Translations under genes and position numbers: made by a program
Notes under the pieces: generated by a model
What the model saw: only the letters and a program-made list of their open reading frames with translations
Database searches by the model: none
What the model was told of the DNA's origin: nothing
Shown: piece after piece, positions 36,607-45,772 of the stretch
How positions within the stretch are numbered: position 1 is the first letter of the stretch
Layout of the letters: every line of letters begins with the position of its first letter
Origin: Thermoguttaceae bacterium
GTDB taxonomy: Bacteria; Planctomycetota; Planctomycetia; Pirellulales; Thermoguttaceae
Assembly: GCA_017434455.1 (NCBI GenBank)
Contig: JAFRFG010000012.1
Location: 43,688 to 107,687 of the forward strand
DNA length: 64,000 nucleotides
Direction of reading: 5' to 3'

Positions 36607-37716
36607 TTACCGAGCGATTTCGGTGAGCATCTTATCGAAGAGGCCGTCGGCGTTGAAATGCTTGCGCTGCGCCGCGGTCCAGCCGCCGAAACACTCGTCG
36701 ATGCCGACTAACCGGCACGGGGGGAACTGGTCGGCGAACTTCTCGGCCACTTCGGGGACCGCCGGCCGGTAGTAGTGGCGGGCGATCATCTCCTGCATCT
36801 CGGGGGTATAGAGGTAGTTGAGGTACTCTTCGGCGATGTCGCGCGTGCCGCGGCGCTCCACGACAGTGTCAACCACCGCCACCGGCGGCTCGCAGCGCAT
36901 GCTGACGCTCGGATAGATAATCTCGAACCCCTGGTCGGCCATCACCTTTTGCGACAGGCACGCCTCGTTCTCCCAGGCGAGGAAGGCGTCGCCGTTCCCC
37001 TGCTTGACGAAGGCGTCGGTCGCGTCCCGCGCGCCGGTCGGCATCCCCTGATTGACGGCGTTGGCGAAGACCTGCTTGGTGAAGTTGTAGGCGTCCTCCT
37101 CGGCCTTGGCCTGGCGCTCCTGATCGGCCTCGGCGAACTTGTCGATCCCGCCGATGTCGGCCAGCGATTTGTCGAGCGCGTAGGCCCACAGGGCCAGGTA
37201 GTTCCAGCGCGCCCCGCCGGAGGTCTTCGGGTTGGGAGTGACTACCTTCACGCCGGTGCGGGCCAGGTCGTCCCAGTCGTGGATCCCCAGCGGGTTCCCC
37301 TTGCGGACCAGGATGACGATCGTCGAGATGTAGGGGGAGGAGTTGTAGGGGAAACTCTTCTGCCAATCGGGTTTGAGCAGCCCCGGCTGGCCGTCCTTTT
37401 CGACCGCCAGGTCGTCGATGTCAAAGGCCAGTGCCAGGGTGACGACGTCGGCCTCTTTCCCGCTGCGGACCGCGCGCGACTGCGCGCCGCTGCCGGCGTT
37501 GCTCTGCTCGATATCGAGCGTCTGACCGGTCTTCTGCAGCCAATGCTCGGCGAACAGCTCGTTGTACTCTTTGTAGAGTTCCCGGGTCGGGTCGTACGAG
37601 ACGTTGCAGAACGAACGCGCCGGACCGTCCGAACCGGTTCCGCAGCCGGTTAACAGGGGGAGCGCGGCGGTGAGAAGAAGCAGTCCGAACGCAATCGCTA
37701 TTTTTGTACTTTTCAT
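36607..37716 (-). CDS. sulfate/thiosulfate-binding lipoprotein
   Basis: Start reassigned to MKSTKIAIAFGLLLLTAALPLLTGCGTG (lipobox), in frame with track ORF 36607..37881. It is the first gene of the cysTWA operon. Confidence 0.88.
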   Translation of the reverse strand: MKSTKIAIAFGLLLLTAALPLLTGCGTGSDGPARSFCNVSYDPTRELYKEYNELFAEHWLQKTGQTLDIEQSNAGSGAQSRAVRSGKEADVVTLALAFDIDDLAVEKDGQPGLLKPDWQKSFPYNSSPYISTIVILVRKGNPLGIHDWDDLARTGVKVVTPNPKTSGGARWNYLALWAYALDKSLADIGGIDKFAEADQERQAKAEEDAYNFTKQVFANAVNQGMPTGARDATDAFVKQGNGDAFLAWENEACLSQKVMADQGFEIIYPSVSMRCEPPVAVVDTVVERRGTRDIAEEYLNYLYTPEMQEMIARHYYRPAVPEVAEKFADQFPPCRLVGIDECFGGWTAAQRKHFNADGLFDKMLTEIAR

Positions 37717-37749
37717 AGTTTTTGTCCCGTTAATGTATTTTTGTAAATA

Positions 37750-37767
37750 ACAGAATAATAATTCTGT
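37750..37767. promoter_or_regulatory. palindromic operator-like site in the AT-rich region upstream of the sulfate-binding protein gene
   Basis: acagaat-aata-attctgt (7-bp arms), 34 nt upstream of the ATG at 37716, in the divergent intergenic region. Confidence 0.35.
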
Positions 37768-38028
37768 ATCGAGGGAATATATCGTCTTTCCCCTTTTGGG
37801 GCAATACCCAAAAACAGGTTTTTGGCCGAAAAGGGGAAAAATAGGGAAGGTTATCCCGCTCTTGCGTCCGGAGGGACTCAACGCTTCCCAAAGCGGGGGA
37901 ACCGTCTATAATAGCCGGTTGTCCGCGGCCGTTGCCGACGGCTTTCGGCCGATACCGGCGGTTTCCCCGCCGCTGATGATACCCCCGTTGATCGATGCCC
38001 CCAAAGAAAAGAAGAAAGTTCGCGTTTC

Positions 38029-39045
38029 GTGATGTTTCGATGGCTGCGCGCCTTGCGTTTTTGGCTCGACTGCGCCCGCTGGCAGGCGTTTGGCCAGTCG
38101 CTTCTGCCCGCACTGCTGGCATTGGTTTTGGTCTGGGGCGAGGACGGTTTCTCGCTTTCGGCGGGGATCCTGGCGGTCGTGGGGGTGCTTTTGGTGCATA
38201 CCAGCACGAACCTGCTGGACGATTACTTTGACTACCGCTGCGAAAGCGTGCAGGTCCGCCAGGCGATGGTCGACGGCGGGATGCGCGCCCGCTCGCACAA
38301 GTGCCACTATATCCTCTCGGGGGCGACGACCCTGGGGCGGCTGCTGGCCGCGGCCTTGGTGTTCGGCGGCCTGGCGGTGGTTATCGGCGCCTATTTAATC
38401 TGGCTGCGGGGCCTCGGCGTCTTGGCGATCGCCGCCGCGGGGGCGTTTTGCTGCTATTTCTACTCGGCTCCCCCGATTCGGCTGAGCTTCCACTACCTCG
38501 GCGAGGCCGCGGTGGGGGTGGTCTTCGGGCCGATCCTCATGAGCGGCGTCGCCCTGGCCGCCTGCGGCCATGTCTCCGCGCCGGTCCTCTTCTTTTCGAT
38601 CCCCGTCGGTATCTTGGTCACCAATATTGTCTATACCCACGCGATCCTCGACTTCGAGCCGGATCGGCGCGCCGGAAAGAATACTCTGGCGGTCTTCTTC
38701 GGCTCCCCCAAGCGGGCTTTTTGGCTGATGTTCGCGATGGTGACCGCCGCCTACGTGATTCCCGCGGCCGCCGTGGCCGGGGGACGGCTCTCGCCGAAAA
38801 TGCTTCTGATGTTATTGACCCTCCCGATGGCCTGCGGCCTGATCGGTTCGGTGCGGCGCTTTGTCCGCGCCCCGAACGAAACTGTCCGGCGCCGCTTCTG
38901 GATGGGGCCGATGGAGTATTGGCCCCAGATCTGCCAGGCGGGGATCGATTGGTATATGGTCCGATGGTACTTGTCGCGGAACCTTCTGACCTTCTACTGT
39001 GTTCTGATCGCCGCGGCGGCGATCTGGGACCGCGCCGCGCGATAA
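38029..39045 (+). CDS. UbiA-superfamily prenyltransferase, MenA-like
   Basis: 338 aa with ~8-9 TM segments. Asp-rich motifs NLLDDYFDY and LDFEPDRRAGKNTLAV. There is a GTG at 38029 and an ATG at 38032. Confidence 0.8.
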   Translation: MMFRWLRALRFWLDCARWQAFGQSLLPALLALVLVWGEDGFSLSAGILAVVGVLLVHTSTNLLDDYFDYRCESVQVRQAMVDGGMRARSHKCHYILSGATTLGRLLAAALVFGGLAVVIGAYLIWLRGLGVLAIAAAGAFCCYFYSAPPIRLSFHYLGEAAVGVVFGPILMSGVALAACGHVSAPVLFFSIPVGILVTNIVYTHAILDFEPDRRAGKNTLAVFFGSPKRAFWLMFAMVTAAYVIPAAAVAGGRLSPKMLLMLLTLPMACGLIGSVRRFVRAPNETVRRRFWMGPMEYWPQICQAGIDWYMVRWYLSRNLLTFYCVLIAAAAIWDRAAR

Positions 39046-39071
39046 CGCTTGAGGAACCAAAGGGACGTTCT

Positions 39072-39983
39072 GTGTTTAAGTCGATCCGTCAGCATCTCTA
39101 TTTTTTGAACTGGTATGCCCAGGTGCGTCTGCTCGGCCGGCGGCGGCCGCTGCAGACGGTCCTGTTCGTCGGGGACGCCTGCAATCTGCGCTGCAAGCAC
39201 TGCAGCGTCGTGCCGAAAGAGGGGACCCCCTGCCGGAAGAAAGATTACGAGACGATCGCCCAAGAGCTTCGGCGCTGCTACGCGCTCGGGTCGAGGTTTG
39301 TCGATTTCGAGGGGGGAGAGCCGTTCCTCTGGAAGGATGGGCAGCGCGATATCAACGATCTGTTCGATCTGGCCCGGGAGATCGGTTTTTTCTCGACGAC
39401 GGTGACGACCAACGCCCAGATCCCGTTCGAGCCGTGCCGCAGCGACCTGGTCTGGATCAGTTTGGACGGGGTCGGCGCCTATCATGACAAGATTCGGGGG
39501 GAAGGGGCGTTCGCCCGCCTGGAGAAGAATATTGCTCTGTCCAGCCACCCATACCTCAACGCCAATATGGTGGTCAATCCCCTGAACGTCGACGCGGTGG
39601 AAGATACCGTCCGCTACGTCGCCGACCACCCGAAGCTGAAGATGCTCTCGGTCAATTTTCACACCCCCTTTCCGGGGACCGAGGATCTGGAACTCGACCA
39701 CCAGACGCGCTGCGGCGTGATCGACCGCTTGATCGCCCTGCGCAAAAAGGGCGCCCCCCTGATGAATACCGCCTCGGGGCTGCGCCGGATGAAGGATATG
39801 CGCTTTAAGAAGCGGTGCTGGGTCACGAACTTCGTGATGGTCGACGGGGCCTTTTGCCCGCAGTGCCTGGGGAGCGAGTACGGGCTGTGCGAACGCTGCG
39901 GGTTCGGGATGGCCTCGGAGATGGTTGGGCTTTGGAACCTTCATCCCGAGACGATTCTCGCCGGGCTTAAGGTTCGAATGTAG
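39072..39983 (+). CDS. radical SAM protein with a Cys-rich C-terminal region
   Basis: GTG start after AAGGGA. VFKSIRQHLYF..LFVGDACNLRCKHCSV (CxxxCxxC). C-terminal CWVTNF..CPQCLGSEYGLCERCG. The first 257 codons of track ORF 38301..39983 overlap the prenyltransferase in another frame and are rejected. Confidence 0.75.
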   Translation: MFKSIRQHLYFLNWYAQVRLLGRRRPLQTVLFVGDACNLRCKHCSVVPKEGTPCRKKDYETIAQELRRCYALGSRFVDFEGGEPFLWKDGQRDINDLFDLAREIGFFSTTVTTNAQIPFEPCRSDLVWISLDGVGAYHDKIRGEGAFARLEKNIALSSHPYLNANMVVNPLNVDAVEDTVRYVADHPKLKMLSVNFHTPFPGTEDLELDHQTRCGVIDRLIALRKKGAPLMNTASGLRRMKDMRFKKRCWVTNFVMVDGAFCPQCLGSEYGLCERCGFGMASEMVGLWNLHPETILAGLKVRM

Positions 39984-40065
39984 AACATTCGATTGAAAAC
40001 GTTTGCCTAATGTTTTTTGGCCGGATCGCGTTTTTTCGCGGCAGCCGGCCGCGCTTGAGATAAAG

Positions 40066-41154
40066 ATGAAAACCAATCGCGCTTTTACGCTGGTGGAACT
40101 GTTGGTCGTCATCGCGATCATCGGGATTTTAATCGGGCTTCTTCTTCCCGCCGTTCAGGCCGCCCGCGAGGCGGCACGCCGGATCAAATGCCAGAACTCT
40201 CTCAAGCAGGTGGGGCTGGCGCTGCATCAGTACCACGACGTCAACGCGTGCCTGCCCGCCGCCGGGATGGAGGTGTTCTACGGCGTGCCGGCGTACAACG
40301 GCGGCTATTACAGCGGGCGGATTACCCTTCTCCCCTTTTTGGAGCAGACGGCGCGCTACGACGCCCTGGTCGAGGATATGAAAAACAATCGGACCGACGG
40401 CTTCACCGGGGTGATTCCCCCCGACAGCGGGCGCGTTCCCTGGAACGACGGGACGATCGATTTTATGACCTGCCCCTCCGATCCGCAGTCGACTCAAAAG
40501 ACCGCCTTTTGGCCGGTCTGCTCCCGTCTGAGCGCCGCCCTGTGCGGGGGGGACGCGTTCTTTCCCGACAGCGGGACGGGGACCTTCGACTCGAACGACT
40601 CCCGGGGGCTCTTCCGCCCGATGAAGTGGAAGAACTTCGGCGCCTGCACCGACGGGACCAGCCATACCGCGGCGGTCGCCGAGACCTGTATCGGCGATTT
40701 CAATTCCGATCGGGTGAAGGGGGGGATCGCTATGACGCAGGAGCTGTTCGACACCGAGCGGAACAAGATTGTGCCGAATCGGTGCCTCACCTATGGGGTC
40801 GACCCGAACGATCCGAAAAAACTGACCTCGACCCTCCCCGCCCCGCGCAATAACTTCTTCTACGACGGGGTGAGCGTCACCTCGCTGTTCACGACGATTC
40901 TTCCCCCCAACGCGCCGATGTGCCTGTTCGTGAAGGTCGTCGGCCAGAGCACCCCGGTCGGCTTTGTCGGGGGGGCGTCGAGCTACCATCCCGGGGGGGT
41001 GAACGTTCTTTTGACCGACGGTTCGGTGCAGTTTGTCGGCGACGGGGTCGACTGCGGGGATCTCAGCGCCGATGAGCCGACCTCGGGAGTCAGTCCCTAC
41101 GGGGTCTGGGGGGCGTTTGGGTCCCCGGCCGGCGGCGAGAGCAAAGAGCTGTAA
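40066..41154 (+). CDS. DUF1559 protein with a prepilin-type N-terminal cleavage/methylation domain
   Basis: MKTNRAFTLVELLVVIAIIGILIGLLLPAVQAAREAARRIKCQNSLKQVGLALHQYHD..; C-terminal ..SSYHPGGVNVLLTDGSVQFV. Confidence 0.9.
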   Translation: MKTNRAFTLVELLVVIAIIGILIGLLLPAVQAAREAARRIKCQNSLKQVGLALHQYHDVNACLPAAGMEVFYGVPAYNGGYYSGRITLLPFLEQTARYDALVEDMKNNRTDGFTGVIPPDSGRVPWNDGTIDFMTCPSDPQSTQKTAFWPVCSRLSAALCGGDAFFPDSGTGTFDSNDSRGLFRPMKWKNFGACTDGTSHTAAVAETCIGDFNSDRVKGGIAMTQELFDTERNKIVPNRCLTYGVDPNDPKKLTSTLPAPRNNFFYDGVSVTSLFTTILPPNAPMCLFVKVVGQSTPVGFVGGASSYHPGGVNVLLTDGSVQFVGDGVDCGDLSADEPTSGVSPYGVWGAFGSPAGGESKEL

Positions 41155-41173
41155 AAAAGCAAGCGCGCCGAAC

Positions 41174-42613
41174 TTATGATTTGCGGTTCCGCTCGATCTC
41201 GTCGGCGGTGTCGTCCCGGCCGCGCTTGCGGAAGATCAGACGGATCGGGACTTCGGAGAAGGGGAGCTCGTCGCGCAGGACGCTCAGCAGATACCGCTGA
41301 TAGTTCGGGGGGAACGCGTCGGGCATATTGCAGAAGAGGATCAGCGTCGGGGGGGCGGCCGACGCCTGGACGGCGTAGTAGATCTTCGGCTTGCGGAAGT
41401 GGCAAAGCGGCGGGGGGGTAAGATCGAGCGCCGCGGAAAGAACGCGGTTGAGCTTGTTGGTCGAGACCCGCGCGCGGTTCTGCGCGGCCAGCACCCGCGC
41501 CTGACGCAGAAGGCGGGGGGCGTTTTTGCCGGTCTTTCCGGTGAGGAACGCGATCGGGACGTGCGGCATGGTGGCGAATGTCTCGCGCAGGTACTCGCCC
41601 CAGCGGCCGGTCGGCATGTGCTCGGCCATTAAGTCCCACTTATTGACGACGAAGATGACCGGACGCAGGTGACGGTCGATCAGGGAGACCAGCTGCTTGT
41701 CCATCTTGCTGATCCGCTGGTGGGCGTCGAAGAACATCAAAACGACGTCGGCGCGGCGGATGCTTCGCTCCGCCCGGGTCAGCGCGTAGAAGTCCAGGTC
41801 GGAGCCGATGCTCTTTTTGCGCATAAAGCCGGGGGTATCGATGACCAAAAAGGTCTTGCCGTCCATCTCGATCCGGACATCGACGCAGTCGCGCGTGGTT
41901 CCGGGGATGGGGCTGGCGATCACCCGCTCGGCCTGGGCCAACGTGTTGACGAAGGTACTCTTGCCGACGTTGCGCCGCCCGACGATCGCCAGTTTCATGA
42001 TCGGCTCTTCCCCGCTGGCGTCGTCGAACGCCTCGGGGGGGAGGGCCTGCTCGATTTCGTCCATCAGGCGGACGCGGCCGCGCTTTTGCTTGGCGCTGAC
42101 GGGGATCACCGGCCAGCCGAACCGCTCGAATTCCAGCGCGTTCTTCTCTTGAACGGCGTCGTCCGACTTATTGGCGGCCAGAAGAATGGGGATCGAAAGC
42201 CGGCGCAGACGCTCGGCGACCGCCTCGTCCAGCGGGGCGATCCCGGTGCGGGCGTCGGTGACAAAGAGAATTAAATCGGCCGACTCGATCGCCAGGGCAA
42301 TCTGCCGCTCCACGTCTTCGGAGAGGTCGTCCTGGTCGACGACGCCGATCCCGCCGGTATCGGTCAGTTCGATGTAGCGGGTATCGTCGATGTAATCGGC
42401 CTGGCCGATGGGGCTTTGGTCTTCGCCGTCGGGCACCGGGGCGCTGTCGGTCATTTTCCCCGAACCGGGGAGTTCCAAGAGATACGAGACGCGGTCACGG
42501 GTCACCCCGGCGACCGAATCGACGACCGAGACCTTCTCTCCGATGAGCCAGTTGAAGATCGACGATTTTCCGACGTTCGGCCGTCCGACGATGGCGACTT
42601 TCGCGATACCCAT
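41174..42613 (-). CDS. der: ribosome-associated GTPase Der (EngA), two GTPase domains
   Basis: MGIAKVAIVGRPNVGKSSIFN.. and a second P-loop, LAIVGRRNVGKSTFVN. Confidence 0.93.
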   Translation of the reverse strand: MGIAKVAIVGRPNVGKSSIFNWLIGEKVSVVDSVAGVTRDRVSYLLELPGSGKMTDSAPVPDGEDQSPIGQADYIDDTRYIELTDTGGIGVVDQDDLSEDVERQIALAIESADLILFVTDARTGIAPLDEAVAERLRRLSIPILLAANKSDDAVQEKNALEFERFGWPVIPVSAKQKRGRVRLMDEIEQALPPEAFDDASGEEPIMKLAIVGRRNVGKSTFVNTLAQAERVIASPIPGTTRDCVDVRIEMDGKTFLVIDTPGFMRKKSIGSDLDFYALTRAERSIRRADVVLMFFDAHQRISKMDKQLVSLIDRHLRPVIFVVNKWDLMAEHMPTGRWGEYLRETFATMPHVPIAFLTGKTGKNAPRLLRQARVLAAQNRARVSTNKLNRVLSAALDLTPPPLCHFRKPKIYYAVQASAAPPTLILFCNMPDAFPPNYQRYLLSVLRDELPFSEVPIRLIFRKRGRDDTADEIERNRKS

Positions 42614-42625
42614 AGACTGCTTGTT

Positions 42626-43903
42626 TTAGTATTTCTCGATCACCACCGCCGTCGAGCGGCCCATGTTCGTCTGGTTGATCTTGACGAAGGCGTTTTTCGT
42701 GACGGTGTGCTCTTTTGTGATGACGTTGATCGGGCAGTCGTCGGCGACCTTTTCGCAGTTGCGAACCGGAGGGAGGGTTCCTTTTTCCATCGCGATCAGC
42801 GAGGCGGCCAGCTCCACGGCGCCGGTGCCGCTGCCCAGGGTGCCGAAGTGTCCCTTCCCGGTAAAGACGGGGGTATCGCCGGCGGCGGCCTTGATGCCGG
42901 CCGCCTCGCGGGCGTCGTCCTCCACCGTCCCAAGGCCGTCGGCGTTGATGTGGTCGATCTCGCCGATCGACATGCCGGCCTTTTTCAGCGCGCCGGTGAT
43001 CGAGCGCTCGACCGATTCGGCCATGTTGAGCAGCTCGTTGGTCGGGGCGACCGCCTGACAGTACCCGCGCAGGGTCGCCAGCGGTTTGGCGCCGCGGGCC
43101 AGGGCGAACTGTTTGCTCTCGATGACCAAAGCGCCGCTCCCCTCGCCGTTGACCGTCCCGACGCGGCCGGCGTCGAACGGACGGGGAACCGACTGCGGGT
43201 CGCCGGTCCACGGGGCGAGCCGGTACGACTTGCCGCGGGAGAGGAAGCAGGGGTTGGAGCGGTTGCCGGTACCGCCGCAGACCATGACGTCGGCGTCGCC
43301 GCGCTGGATGATGTGGGCCGCCTCGATGATCGACGCCAAGCTGGAGACGCGGTCGAGCGTCGGGGAGTTGCTCGCCCCGCGGGCGTCCATCGCGATCCCG
43401 ATATGGCTGGCCGGCATGTTGGGGAGGTATTTGAGCATCCAAAGCGGCATGATCTTCGTCATGGCGTTGGGGCCCCATTTGGAGAAGTCGTATTTGCCGT
43501 TCTCCATTCCGGCGTAGAAGGCGTCGGCAAGCTCCGAAAGCTCCAGCGCCATGAGGTCGCAGCCGAAGATGACCCCGAGCCGCTCCGGCTCGACGCTGCG
43601 GTTTTCGGGCGACTCGATGTCGACGTTCAGACCCGCCCGCTTGACAGCCATCATCGCGGCGACGAAACCGAGCTGGATGTCACGGCTCATCACCTTGATG
43701 TTTTTGCGCGGCTTGACAAAGTCCTTGGCGTGAAAGTCGGGGGCCGCCGCGACGAAGGGGCGAACGGCGGAATCGGGGGTCGTCCCGTCCAGGCAGCCGA
43801 TTCCGCTGACCCCGTCGCGCAAAGAGGTCCAAAATTCTTCCTGTCCGACACCGATCGGGCTGATCAGGTCAAAACCAGTGATGACAATCTCTTTTTCCAT
43901 CAT
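42626..43903 (-). CDS. beta-ketoacyl-ACP synthase II (FabF)-like protein lacking the canonical Cys and first His of the catalytic triad
   Basis: 425 aa: MMEKEIVITGFDLISPIGVG.., ..GDADVMVCGG... Compared by eye with E. coli FabF, it has TLDRVSS where TACTSG (Cys163) is expected and NADGLGT where NAHGTST (His303) is expected. Confidence 0.8.
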   Translation of the reverse strand: MMEKEIVITGFDLISPIGVGQEEFWTSLRDGVSGIGCLDGTTPDSAVRPFVAAAPDFHAKDFVKPRKNIKVMSRDIQLGFVAAMMAVKRAGLNVDIESPENRSVEPERLGVIFGCDLMALELSELADAFYAGMENGKYDFSKWGPNAMTKIMPLWMLKYLPNMPASHIGIAMDARGASNSPTLDRVSSLASIIEAAHIIQRGDADVMVCGGTGNRSNPCFLSRGKSYRLAPWTGDPQSVPRPFDAGRVGTVNGEGSGALVIESKQFALARGAKPLATLRGYCQAVAPTNELLNMAESVERSITGALKKAGMSIGEIDHINADGLGTVEDDAREAAGIKAAAGDTPVFTGKGHFGTLGSGTGAVELAASLIAMEKGTLPPVRNCEKVADDCPINVITKEHTVTKNAFVKINQTNMGRSTAVVIEKY

Positions 43904-44072
43904 TGGCCCTAAACTACTTAATCGTTAAAAACCCCCTCACCGGGAGCGTTTGCCAAGAACGGGGCACTTCGGCGGTGCTTCCGGTTCCAAAAACAGCGCC
44001 AACGGCCTATTCTACCCTAATCGGGAGAATCGTCCATTCTGCCGTGAGAAAATGAAAAATTTTCGGATTCTT

Positions 44073-44708
44073 CTAATTAGAGGGGGGACAGGCGCGAAGA
44101 ACTTCGTCGACCGCGGAAGCGATCTGCTTCTCGACCTCGACCGGCGGAAGGGAAGCGTCGAGAACCACCGCGGCGCGTCCGGTCTTCTTTTGCCAAAGCC
44201 GCGCCCCTTCAAGAAAGCCGCAGCGGATCTTGGCGTGGTACTCGCCGCCTTTGCTTTCGATCCGATCGAGCGGACGGCTCAGGCGCGCGAACGCGGCCTC
44301 GCTGGAGATATCGAGGACGACGGTCAGGTCGGGAAGAATCCCGCGGGTGGCGATTTCGCCCATCTGAAGGACAACCTCGGGGGCGATTCCCCCAGCAAAC
44401 CCCTGATAGACCAGGGTCGAGAGCAAAAAGCGGTCAGCCAGGACGATTTTGTCGGCGGCCAGCGCCGGAGCGATGATCTTATCGACCATCTGGGCGCGGG
44501 CCGCCATAAAGAGAAACAGCTCGCTTTCCGGGCAGGGGTCCAGCCCCCTTTCGGCGAGAAGCAAGGAGCGTATCGCCGTGCCAAGGGGAGTGGTGCCGGG
44601 ATCGCGGCAGACGACGACCTCGCGGCCGAGCACCGTGAGGTGTTTGGCCAGCAGGCCAATCTGGGTGCTCTTCCCGCAGCCGTCGCCGCCGTCGATCGTG
44701 ATGAACAT
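44073..44708 (-). CDS. tmk: thymidylate kinase
   Basis: MFITIDGGDGCGKSTQIGLLAKHL.., 211 aa. Confidence 0.93.
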   Translation of the reverse strand: MFITIDGGDGCGKSTQIGLLAKHLTVLGREVVVCRDPGTTPLGTAIRSLLLAERGLDPCPESELFLFMAARAQMVDKIIAPALAADKIVLADRFLLSTLVYQGFAGGIAPEVVLQMGEIATRGILPDLTVVLDISSEAAFARLSRPLDRIESKGGEYHAKIRCGFLEGARLWQKKTGRAAVVLDASLPPVEVEKQIASAVDEVLRACPPSN

Positions 44709-44737
44709 CGCTGTTTCAGAATCCTTCTTTTTCTCTT

Positions 44738-44890
44738 AACGTGCCGTCCTTGGATTTCTTAAGAACCATCCTCGTCTTTTATGAAGTACCGTCCTGGCTT
44801 TCCGGGTACCGTCCTTAGACCTAGCGGTGCCGCCGTCCTTGACGTTGGTGAAAATCGTCCTGGCCTTTTCGCGCTTGTGCCGTCTTCGGC
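44738..44890. repeat. array of ~6 direct repeats with core GT(G/A)CCGTCCT, mostly 20-24 bp apart
   Basis: gtgccgtcctt (44741), gtaccgtcctgg (44787), gtaccgtcctta (44807), gtgccgccgtcctt (44828), cgtcctgg (44855), gtgccgtcttcgg (44877). They lie between the isomerase stop and the tmk start. Confidence 0.6.
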
Positions 44891-44914
44891 CCTTGCGGCC
44901 GAAAGAGGGGATTC

Positions 44915-45772
44915 TTACAGGAGCGTCTTGGCGTACTCGTCGGCGAATTTGACCCCCGCGGCGATTTCGGCGAGGTTCTGCCCCGGGTTCTTCTCGAACT
45001 CGATCGGGAAGACGCCCTTGAAGCCCTGCGCCTTGAGCTCTGTCAAAATAGCGGGGATATTCGCGATGCCGCTGCCGATCGGGACATCTTCTTTATTGGC
45101 GTCCAGGTCGCCGAAGTGGAAGCTGATGATCCGACCCTTCAGGGCGCGGATCCCCTCGACCGGGTCGATCCCGCTGCGGACCATGTGGTTGTCGTCGACA
45201 CAGGCGCCGATGCGCCCGTCGCGTCCCTCGCAGACCTCGAGGACCTTGTGATAGTCCCAGTAGATCGACGGCTTCGGATGGTTGTGGATCGACAGATTGA
45301 TGCCGTACTCTTTGACCAGCTCCTCGATCGCGTCGAAGTCCTCGACCGCCGGCTCGCAGATGAGCGTCTCCATGCCGAAATCTTTGGCGAACTCGAACGC
45401 GGCGCGGTCGTAGCCGCCGACCCCCATCCCGTGGAGGTGGAAGTCGTAGTCGGCCAGGAGGTTCTTGACGAACTTCTTGTCGTCTTCGGACATCGCGCCG
45501 AAGGTAACGTCGCGATCCGGCGCGAGCTTATGCCCCGGATACGCCTCGCCCCACTTCAGCCCGATCGAGGCGGCTTTCTGAACCGCCTCCTGGAAGGTGA
45601 TCGTGTGGAACGAGTAGAGCTGAACACCGATTCTCCAGCCGAGCTTCTCGGCGTTCGGGGCGCCGCCGGTGTAGAGGGCTTCCTCGGCCCGCAGCGAGAA
45701 GGAACCGAGCGCGCAGGCGCCGGCGGCCAGGGTGGCGCTTTTGAGCCACTGTCGACGTGTGATATAGGCCAT
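44915..45772 (-). CDS. TAT-signal sugar phosphate isomerase/epimerase (xylose isomerase-like TIM barrel) family protein
   Basis: 285 aa: MAYITRRQWLKSATLAAGACALGSFSLRAEE.., with family-like blocks ..NLSIHNHP.. and ..IISFHFGD... Confidence 0.8.
   Translation of the reverse strand: MAYITRRQWLKSATLAAGACALGSFSLRAEEALYTGGAPNAEKLGWRIGVQLYSFHTITFQEAVQKAASIGLKWGEAYPGHKLAPDRDVTFGAMSEDDKKFVKNLLADYDFHLHGMGVGGYDRAAFEFAKDFGMETLICEPAVEDFDAIEELVKEYGINLSIHNHPKPSIYWDYHKVLEVCEGRDGRIGACVDDNHMVRSGIDPVEGIRALKGRIISFHFGDLDANKEDVPIGSGIANIPAILTELKAQGFKGVFPIEFEKNPGQNLAEIAAGVKFADEYAKTLL

Noticed and set aside
38301-39071. The 5' 257 codons of track ORF 38301..39983, which would make a 560-aa radical SAM fusion protein.
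   Set aside because: This part overlaps the MenA-like gene in another frame and is Arg/Gly/Pro-rich. The recognisable radical SAM sequence starts at the GTG at 39072, which has an upstream AAGGGA.
39966-39992. GGTTCGAA-like strings (39966, 48089) as possible tRNA T-arms.
   Set aside because: No flanking acceptor, D or anticodon stems can be drawn. The first is the end of the radical SAM ORF plus an 8-bp hairpin (tcgaatgt-aga-acattcga).
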